This document shows positions 57,043-64,000 of a DNA stretch of 64,000 nt, piece by piece. The notes below the pieces were generated by a model. It ran no database searches. It was not told the origin of the DNA and saw nothing but the letters and a program-made list of their open reading frames with translations. Where the stretch lies: the IMG/VR virus record IMGVR_UViG_3300031134_000641; one strand, written 5' to 3'. The first letter of the stretch is position 1, and each line of letters opens with the position of its first letter. The position numbers and the translations under genes were made by a program. Source of the stretch: an uncultured virus (IMG/VR IMGVR_UViG_3300031134_000641) (lineage: Duplodnaviria > Heunggongvirae > Uroviricota > Caudoviricetes).

Positions 57043-58023
57043 ATGTGTTATGCCAAACCTGGCCCACGATGCCAAGGGCATGCTGCTGAAAAGGTACAGG
57101 ATAGTACTAAGCGGCTATACGATGCATTGCCTGAAGAATATAAACAGTCTAATCCGAAGCTAAAGCAGTTTAGAGACCATCAGACTATCCAACAACAGAA
57201 AATCGTTGAGGCTCAGTCTACATTTGCTTTGTACAGCAAAGCTTCAGCTGATTTAACTTCTATTAATGATAGCGTTCGCAGTGGAAAAATGAGTGAAGCT
57301 GAGGCGATTCAGAGCATCAAAGACTCTAAACTTCCCATGGATGTAAGCACCTGGGAACACAATGATGTTCTGCCTATTGAAAGGCTAGTCTCTTTTGTTT
57401 CGCGTATTACAGGTGGGACACAGGATTCAGTTGATTCACCTCCTCCCTTCTCTTCAGCTTTAGCTCAGAAAACAAATTTTTATGCTAATGCTAAATCTGA
57501 AGCAGCTAAAGAAGTCAAAAGTTTAAACAAAGGCCAAGCGAGCTTACAGAAAAACTTAGATAACTATAAAGTTCACTTTGTTGATTATGCCTCTAAAGAT
57601 CTTACAGTTCTTAGTGACCCCAAGCTCGGTAAATTGGCTGAAGAGTATTCTTACAACAAAAAAGAGCTTAACCTCACCTCTGGCTACCGACGTGACCTTA
57701 AAAAGAAAGCTGACACCTCTCTAGAGTCCGGTGATATTCCTGCTTTTAACAAGCGAATGGATGAGTACGATAGTCTTCAAGCCGAGTACAGTATCAAATA
57801 TGGAGCCTGGGAGAAAGCACGTAAACGTGACAAACCTGCGGTAGTTGCTTCAGCTAACACTACCATTGCTGAACACGACACAGTTGTAAATACGGCTGCT
57901 CCTGTTCTAAGCAAGCAACAAGAAAAACAGAAAGTTAAAGAGAAAGCTTTACAGCGTCAGGCTGAAGCAAATACAAAGTTAGGAATCAAGTCTCCTGATG
58001 TTGACTTTGATGTAGAGTTTTAA
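57043..58023 (+). CDS. Cys-tag family helical protein (paralog of 55832)
   Basis: SD aggag then ATG 57043; MCYAKPGPRCQGH. Confidence 0.75.
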   Translation: MCYAKPGPRCQGHAAEKVQDSTKRLYDALPEEYKQSNPKLKQFRDHQTIQQQKIVEAQSTFALYSKASADLTSINDSVRSGKMSEAEAIQSIKDSKLPMDVSTWEHNDVLPIERLVSFVSRITGGTQDSVDSPPPFSSALAQKTNFYANAKSEAAKEVKSLNKGQASLQKNLDNYKVHFVDYASKDLTVLSDPKLGKLAEEYSYNKKELNLTSGYRRDLKKKADTSLESGDIPAFNKRMDEYDSLQAEYSIKYGAWEKARKRDKPAVVASANTTIAEHDTVVNTAAPVLSKQQEKQKVKEKALQRQAEANTKLGIKSPDVDFDVEF

Positions 58024-58148
58024 AATCCTATGATAAAAAAACGCTGAGGCCAAATAGCTTAGATTCTATTTGGCCTCAGCGTTTTTTATGGGCCAGCAAA
58101 AAGTCTAAAAAGATGCTATGATGGTATTAACTTAGAAAGAGAGCTATC

Positions 58149-58694
58149 ATGGCTAAAGAAGAAGCTATCGCCTGGATTGACGTTGAGTGCACAGGCATTG
58201 AAGCAGCTGACCATTTCCTACTTGAGGTTGCGTGTCTTGTTACCGACTCGCAGCTTAACGTGCTTGAGGACAAAGGCTTCCAGGCTGAAGTTTTCTATGA
58301 TGCTACGAGTATCACTCAGCTGAAGGCTCTCACTAGCGATTATGTTATTGATATGCATACCAAAACTGGCCTGTGGGACCGTTTGGAGTCTGGTACACCC
58401 ATGGACCAGCTTGACGATGAGCTTCACGCTTACATCTCTGGCCTAGTTCCTGAGGTAGGCACCGCATGGCTTGGTGGTAACAGTGTCAAGCTTGACCGTG
58501 ACTTTATCAACATGAACCTCCCCAAGTCAGCTGGTCACCTTCTTTATCGTAGCGTTGATGTTACCTCCTTTGCTTTTGCTGCTCGTCACTGGTACGGACT
58601 TGAGTTCTCCAAAAAGCTGACACACTCAGCGTTCAGCGATATCCGTGAGTCTATTGATGAGCTACGTTTCTACCGTGAGAACATTCTTAAATGA
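58149..58694 (+). CDS. orn: Oligoribonuclease
   Basis: WIDVECTG; MHTKTGL; LGGNSV..DRDFI; YRSVDVTS; HSAFSDIRESIDEL. Confidence 0.9.
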   Translation: MAKEEAIAWIDVECTGIEAADHFLLEVACLVTDSQLNVLEDKGFQAEVFYDATSITQLKALTSDYVIDMHTKTGLWDRLESGTPMDQLDDELHAYISGLVPEVGTAWLGGNSVKLDRDFINMNLPKSAGHLLYRSVDVTSFAFAARHWYGLEFSKKLTHSAFSDIRESIDELRFYRENILK

Positions 58695-59014
58695 GCGAAC
58701 CCGGTTATCAGGAGTTTTTCTGTTTAGCTTGCGGGGAGAACCTTCACCCTGGGTATAGGGAGTCCTCGTACACCGAACTTGTCTTCCCTGATGACGGTGT
58801 TATCTTCAAAGCGACAGGCAACTATGGTTCACAGCTTTACGACCCTTTAACTGGGGGTCAGTGGCTAGAAATTGTTGTATGCGATAGTTGCGTAGCGGTC
58901 GCTGCGGAGCTAGGCAGGATAAGGAAAGCAACTGCTGCTCGGGACAAAAACGGGGACTGGGATGAGCCTACTTATGCAAAGTGGTCAGTAGATGACGACA
59001 GTGATAACGATTAG
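58691..59014 (+). CDS. Small zinc-binding hypothetical protein
   Basis: CLAC..GNYGS..YDP..CDSC. Confidence 0.65.
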   Translation: MSEPGYQEFFCLACGENLHPGYRESSYTELVFPDDGVIFKATGNYGSQLYDPLTGGQWLEIVVCDSCVAVAAELGRIRKATAARDKNGDWDEPTYAKWSVDDDSDND

Positions 59015-59036
59015 TGTTTCAACCGATAAAAATACT

Positions 59037-59330
59037 ATGAATTCTACTACAAAACCTTCTGAGATCTCTGTTGAAGATTTAGGCCATTCTTGGCTTGTTA
59101 CTGGCACCATGAACCCTCGTGAGGCTAAGCAGGCTGTTAAAGATTGGATTGCTGAGTTCTTGCAGGATTCTCTTTCTGAGAGCCACTTCCATGAGGTTGA
59201 CTCTGCTTCCACTGTTGTCAAAAAGGATTGGTTCTGGAAGCCTTTCAACGATAACAAGTTTGAGCTAGCTTCTGCTACAGAACATGGTATAGTAGTGGCA
59301 GATGCTTTCCCAGGCGTTTTAATCAAATAA
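59037..59330 (+). CDS. Hypothetical protein
   Basis: ATG 59037 just after a CCGATA motif. Confidence 0.55.
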   Translation: MNSTTKPSEISVEDLGHSWLVTGTMNPREAKQAVKDWIAEFLQDSLSESHFHEVDSASTVVKKDWFWKPFNDNKFELASATEHGIVVADAFPGVLIK

Positions 59331-59341
59331 AGGAGTAACGC

Positions 59342-59608
59342 ATGTTCAATTACACTGCTGACGAAGATGTTGATGCCGACTACCTTAGGCTGTCAGATAA
59401 GGTTGTTGTGCGCACAGAGGAGATAAACAACTTCGTTCTTGTTGACGTTGATGACTTCAACTGTGTTGTTGGAGTAGAAGGCCTTAGTATTGGTGTGGAT
59501 ATTCCTTGGGCTGAGTTGCAGGAAAGGTTTGCTTTCCCTGAAGGCTTCCCGGCTGAAGGTGTTGAGCTAAACCAGAAACCGCTTGCTCAGGTCTCTTTGG
59601 AGAGCTAA
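59342..59608 (+). CDS. DUF2283-like protein
   Basis: DEDVDADYLRLSD..VLVDVDD..VVGVE. Confidence 0.7.
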   Translation: MFNYTADEDVDADYLRLSDKVVVRTEEINNFVLVDVDDFNCVVGVEGLSIGVDIPWAELQERFAFPEGFPAEGVELNQKPLAQVSLES

Positions 59609-59643
59609 ACAAGCGGTTTCATTTAGAAGTACCGGATGGTTAT

Positions 59644-59925
59644 TTACTTCCGGTACTTCTTTTTTAGTTTGTACTTTTCTAGGATAGGCATTTCATAGGT
59701 AGCAGATAAAGCGTATTCTCTACCTGCCTGCGTTAGAGAGGCACGGTAGGTTTTCTCTACGTTACCTGACATTACATTAATGAGACCAAGGTCTCCTAAA
59801 TGCTCTAGCATGCGTTTGAGTTTGGAGTCAAAAGGCCATAGGTTCTCTCCAGCACGGTAGCGCGCCGCTAGAACCTCCATGATCAGGTCTTCTGTGGGGG
59901 TTAAGTTAAAGTTTGCTGTGGACAT
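59644..59925 (-). CDS. Small winged-helix-like protein
   Basis: LTPTEDLIMEVL..LGDLGLI..SLTQAG. Confidence 0.6.
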   Translation of the reverse strand: MSTANFNLTPTEDLIMEVLAARYRAGENLWPFDSKLKRMLEHLGDLGLINVMSGNVEKTYRASLTQAGREYALSATYEMPILEKYKLKKKYRK

Positions 59926-60289
59926 GAATAAAAGTATACCACATCCTGTGGCAGGACCGATTCTTTAGCTAAAGGAGAAAAGGATGCAAACTTCGGAGAT
60001 TAACATCAAGATAGCTGATTTAGCACATAAGAAGCATATAACTCTGGCGGAAGCTGTGGCTCTTATACAGGAGGAAGAAGAGACAGAGGAAAGATGGGAT
60101 ACAGACTACTCTGAATAAATGGTTGCGTTTTTTCTAGTTTATGGTATAGTTGTGTTAGCTCAAGAAGTTACACCGATGGAATGCAATTGATGTTCTGTTA
60201 GTTATGTTCTTGACACATCATAGTCTGGTCTGCTTGTTCTCAGTAAGCAAAGGCCAGCAGTTGTTTGTTTTGCACTGAGAATACTGATT

Positions 60290-60361
60290 GCCTTCGTAGC
60301 TCAGAGGAAGAGCGTTGGTCTTCGGAACCAAGCGTCGGGGGTTCGAATCCCTCCGGGGGCA
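60290..60361 (+). tRNA. tRNA-Arg(TCG)
   Basis: ttggt-ctTCGga-accaa. Confidence 0.9.
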
Positions 60362-60407
60362 CAAATATCCGATAAGAATAGCAACAATGTTGTAGAGGAA
60401 GGTTAAG

Positions 60408-60761
60408 ATGAGTAAAACTCTTAAAACACGACCAATTTCCGTTCGCATGGCCGACAAAGGCGATAAGGGTGTAGGCATTCAGGAAGTACATGACCACCGT
60501 GACGGTAAAGTGTGTGATTTGCCTGAGATGACAGACACTAAAGTGTATCAGCACAACGTAACCTTTTTGTCAGGCAACTGTCACTACCAGTGGGAGTACG
60601 TGGGTGTGAACGTGTGCGCCTGCAACGTTTGCTCAGATCCTAAAGGCCGCAGGAACAGTGTCCGCCACAATCGCCAGGAAGCACGTAAGAAAATACGTGC
60701 AATTGTTCAAGGTGATGACGCTGACGATTACGTTTTTGCCGATAATTACAACAAGTGGTAA
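60408..60761 (+). CDS. Cys/His-rich basic hypothetical protein
   Basis: MSKTLKTRP..HDHRDG.VCDLP..CACNVC. Confidence 0.65.
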   Translation: MSKTLKTRPISVRMADKGDKGVGIQEVHDHRDGKVCDLPEMTDTKVYQHNVTFLSGNCHYQWEYVGVNVCACNVCSDPKGRRNSVRHNRQEARKKIRAIVQGDDADDYVFADNYNKW

Positions 60762-60766
60762 AAAGT

Positions 60767-60840
60767 GCGGACGTAGCTCAGTTGGTTAGAGCGCAACCTT
60801 GCCAAGGTTGAGGTCGCGGGTTCGAGTCCCGTTGTCCGCT
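60767..60840 (+). tRNA. tRNA-Gly(GCC)
   Basis: caacc-ttGCCaa-ggttg. Confidence 0.95.
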
Positions 60841-60898
60841 CAGAAAGTTAAATTCTCCTTCTCGGAATATGTTATAGTATTCTGAGAAGGAGAATTTT

Positions 60899-61264
60899 TT
60901 GTTTACTAATAAACTAACTCACGAGCAGACAACTGCAAGCCAGAAGTATGAACCAGGTGAAGAAGATCAAAAGGTAGTCTCAGATTGGATTGAGGTCCCT
61001 ACAGAAAAATCTCCTTTCACTAGGTCACAGATTGCTGCTGCTCGCTTGGAGATGACGATTTTGAAGCGTTTAGGCCGCGATGTTCCCGCCGAGGTTTCTT
61101 ACATGGCTTCCTCCGGGTATGAATATTCAATCTATCTTATTAATGAAGCTAAGACAGTTGAGGACAAAATCAAGGCCGCTAGATTTGTAACAAGTGAATA
61201 CGAGCAAAATAATCAACCTGTTCCCCGTCAGATACGTAATTTGGCTGAGAAAAGACTCCCCTAG
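60899..61264 (+). CDS. Hypothetical protein with two short internal repeats
   Basis: IAAARL..GRDVPAEV / IKAARF..NQPVPRQI. Confidence 0.55.
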   Translation: MFTNKLTHEQTTASQKYEPGEEDQKVVSDWIEVPTEKSPFTRSQIAAARLEMTILKRLGRDVPAEVSYMASSGYEYSIYLINEAKTVEDKIKAARFVTSEYEQNNQPVPRQIRNLAEKRLP

Positions 61265-61372
61265 AAAAAGTTGACAAGGGCCGACTCAACTTTTTCTAGA
61301 TTTTTCACTTGAAAAGAAAAAATCGTGCTACAATAAGGTTAATACTTAAAAAGGAAAGGACAAGTATTATAT

Positions 61373-63241
61373 ATGTCAAGAGCAGTTGGAATTGACCTCG
61401 GAACAACAAACAGTGCAGTAGCAGTGTTAGAAGGTGGAGAGCCAACAGTAATTGCAAACGCTGAAGGACTCCGCACAACCCCCTCTGTTGTAGCTTTCAC
61501 TAAAGGTGCAAACAGTGAAGTGCTGGTAGGAGAGACAGCCAAACGACAGAACGTAACCAATGTTGACCGCACTGTTTCCTCAGTGAAGCGCCACATTGGA
61601 ACAAACTGGACTTTCCCAGTTGATGGAAAAAACTATACTCCGCAGGAAATTAGCGCCCGAATCCTTCAGAAGCTGAAGCGTGACGCTGAGCAGTACTTAG
61701 GTGAGCCTGTGACCGACGCTGTAATCACAGTACCTGCATACTTCAACGATGCTGAACGCCAGGCAACAAAAGATGCAGGAGAGATTGCAGGACTTAATGT
61801 GCTTCGTATCATTAACGAGCCAACAGCTGCTGCCCTGGCCTACGGCCTTGAAAAAGGTAAAGAAGATGAGAACATTCTGGTATTCGACCTTGGTGGTGGA
61901 ACATTTGACGTGAGCCTCCTTGAAGTTGGTAAAGATGATGGGTTCTCCACAGTCCAGGTTAAGTCAACCTCTGGTGACAACAAGCTCGGTGGAGATGACT
62001 GGGACAAAAAAGTCTCTGACTGGCTTGTAGATAAGTTCAAGCAGAGTTCAGGTGTCAACCTCTCTGGAGACAAGATTGCTATGCAGCGTCTAAAGGAAGC
62101 TGCTGAGCAGGCTAAGAAGGAACTCTCTAGCTCCACTTCAACAACCATTCAGCTTCCTTACCTTTCTTTGACTCCTGAAGGCCCTGTCAACATGGAGGAA
62201 ACCCTTACTCGTGCACAGTTTGAGAGCCTAACTTCTGACCTGCTCGCTCGCACACGTAAGCCGTTTGAGGATGCTATTCGTGAGGCTAAGATCACCGTAG
62301 ATGACATTCACCATGTTGTTCTTGTTGGTGGTTCAACCCGTATGCCTGCTGTAGTTGAGCTTGTTAAAGAACTTACCGGTGGTAAAGCACCTAACCAGGG
62401 AGTAAACCCTGATGAGGTTGTAGCTATTGGTGCTGCTCTTCAGGCCGGTGTGCTAAAGGGTGAGCGTAAAGACGTTCTACTTATTGACGTTACACCTTTG
62501 TCATTGGGAATCGCAACTAATGGTGACATTATGACTAAGATTATTGAGCGTAACACAGCTATCCCGTCTAAGCGTAGTGAGACCTTCACCACTGCTTCTG
62601 ATAACCAGTCTAGTGTGACAATTCAGGTTTACCAGGGTGAGCGTGAGTTCATTCGTGACAACAAGCTTCTTGGCAAGTTTGACCTGACCGGTATTCTGCC
62701 TGCACCTAAGGGCGTTCCTCAGATTGAGGTCAGCTTTGACATTGATGCTAACGGTATCGTGCATGTCTCTGCTAAAGACAAGGCCACAGGACGTGAACAG
62801 CAGACCGTCATCACTGGCGGCTCCTCTCTTTCCAAAGAAGAGGTAGCCCGTATGGTTGCTGACGCTGAAACTCATGCTGCTGAGGATAAGAAACGTCGTG
62901 AGGAAATTGACCTCATCAACTCTTCCGAGCAGCTTGCTTATGCTTTTGAGAAAGCACTCAAAGAGAACGAAGATAAGCTCTCACCTGAAGTCCGCGATGA
63001 GCTACATGCTGACTTGAGTGAGCTTAAAGCAGCTGTAGAGTCTAAAGATGTTGAACGTATCAAGGCTGCCGCTGAGAAGGCTAACAAGAGCCAGAGCAAG
63101 ATTGGTGAAGCAGTCTACGGCGCTCAGGGTTCTAACTCATCTGAGGCCCCTACAGAGCCTCAGGATGCTTCCTCTGAAGCACCTGCTGCCGAAGATGAAG
63201 AAGATATCGTTGACGCAGAAATTGTTGATGACGAGAAGTAA
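61373..63241 (+). CDS. dnaK: Molecular chaperone DnaK (actinobacterial type)
   Basis: [33 protein letters not shown]-terminus DAEIVDDEK. Confidence 0.97.
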   Translation: MSRAVGIDLGTTNSAVAVLEGGEPTVIANAEGLRTTPSVVAFTKGANSEVLVGETAKRQNVTNVDRTVSSVKRHIGTNWTFPVDGKNYTPQEISARILQKLKRDAEQYLGEPVTDAVITVPAYFNDAERQATKDAGEIAGLNVLRIINEPTAAALAYGLEKGKEDENILVFDLGGGTFDVSLLEVGKDDGFSTVQVKSTSGDNKLGGDDWDKKVSDWLVDKFKQSSGVNLSGDKIAMQRLKEAAEQAKKELSSSTSTTIQLPYLSLTPEGPVNMEETLTRAQFESLTSDLLARTRKPFEDAIREAKITVDDIHHVVLVGGSTRMPAVVELVKELTGGKAPNQGVNPDEVVAIGAALQAGVLKGERKDVLLIDVTPLSLGIATNGDIMTKIIERNTAIPSKRSETFTTASDNQSSVTIQVYQGEREFIRDNKLLGKFDLTGILPAPKGVPQIEVSFDIDANGIVHVSAKDKATGREQQTVITGGSSLSKEEVARMVADAETHAAEDKKRREEIDLINSSEQLAYAFEKALKENEDKLSPEVRDELHADLSELKAAVESKDVERIKAAAEKANKSQSKIGEAVYGAQGSNSSEAPTEPQDASSEAPAAEDEEDIVDAEIVDDEK

Positions 63242-63340
63242 AGTCAAATAGAAAGTGGGCCATATCAATATTGATATGGCCCACTTTCTATTTAGTCAGA
63301 GGGGTAAAAAACTTTTTTCAGCACAGTTAGATATAGAAGT

Positions 63341-64000
63341 ATGAAGACCACAATCACTAATGTCTGTAAAGCCCAACGCCCTCTGTTCTGTCGTTACCAT
63401 GGCGATGCTAAACGTGCATCCTATGAGAAGCGCCTTCAGACAGCCCTTGTCAACGCGCAAGCTAACGTTGATCGTGCTGCTAAATCTAATGATGCAGAAG
63501 TTTTCTTGGATGCGAAACAGTACCTTGACAATGCGCAGATTGCTTACGCTGCCACCATTGAAGGTGAACAGAAACTCCGTGAAGAAATTGAGGTAAGCTA
63601 CGGGCTAGAACGTGATGTTCTTCAAAAACGCTTGGATGACGCTCTTGCTGAGAGAGACGAATTAGAGCAAGAAGACGACCAGGATGGTATTTACTCTTTC
63701 CCTTCATCTAAACTAGATGAAGCAGTGGCAAAGATTGAGAAGGCCAACCGTAAGTTGACGCGGGCTGGTCTTGAAGGTGAGTTTGGTTACACAACTAGTA
63801 CCTACATTAAAACTGACCCTAAAACTGGTGAACACTACGAGATGACCAGACTTGAACTCAATCGTCCTCCTGTCAAGATAGGCGGATGGGACTTTGTGGC
63901 TTCAGTTGATAAAGCTCCGAACAACGATTTCATCACACGTGTCCTACCTGGACAAGATCTAAACGGTTACCGACCTGATGCACAAGAGTGCGAACATTGT
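63341..64000 (+). CDS. Cys-tag family protein, 3' truncated by window (not in ORF track)
   Basis: Read by hand: MKTTITNVCKAQRPLFCRYHG..AYAATIEG..GGWDFVA..ECEHC, open to the window end. Confidence 0.7.
   Translation, partial: MKTTITNVCKAQRPLFCRYHGDAKRASYEKRLQTALVNAQANVDRAAKSNDAEVFLDAKQYLDNAQIAYAATIEGEQKLREEIEVSYGLERDVLQKRLDDALAERDELEQEDDQDGIYSFPSSKLDEAVAKIEKANRKLTRAGLEGEFGYTTSTYIKTDPKTGEHYEMTRLELNRPPVKIGGWDFVASVDKAPNNDFITRVLPGQDLNGYRPDAQECEHC

Noticed and set aside
19385..63292. Numerous long perfect palindromes (e.g. about 19385, 22700, 26618, 29803, 54541, 58036, 63247) as a MITE/REP family
   Set aside because: The sequences are unrelated to each other and sit at gene ends, consistent with bidirectional intrinsic terminators

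Overview
This 64 kb window comes from a large extrachromosomal element, either a jumbo phage or a megaplasmid; no virion genes are visible here. The host is probably an actinobacterium, judged from actinobacterial-type SSB, DnaK, Orn, DivIVA, DUF2510 and VKOR. Left part (1-30 kb): SbcC/Rad50 tail, Flp-like pilin with a convergent prepilin peptidase, a FliA/WhiG-like sigma factor, an intein-split PD-(D/E)XK nuclease, RuvC-like resolvase, stand-alone IF3 C-domain, SSB, FtsK-like ATPase, a MoxR/vWA pair, membrane proteins and Hsp20. Centre (30.5-48 kb): a + strand RNA super-cluster. About 59 tRNA genes were read by eye across the window, most of them in this cluster, including rare Pro(AGG) and Leu(AAG); a rare Ile(TAT) lies further right. 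The tRNAs are interleaved with a GOLLD-like giant ncRNA, an apparent mimic of the 23S rRNA L11-binding GTPase centre, many re-engineered tRNA-like RNAs and pseudoknotted spacer RNAs. Right part: HNH nuclease, Orn and DnaK. A family of about 9 proteins, spread across the window, shares an N-terminal Cys/His tag fused to unrelated cargo domains. Two non-sigma70 promoter-like motifs recur (CCGATA and TGTTA-N10-ATG). All calls are by manual motif recognition; no searches were run, and RNA ends are accurate to a few nt.
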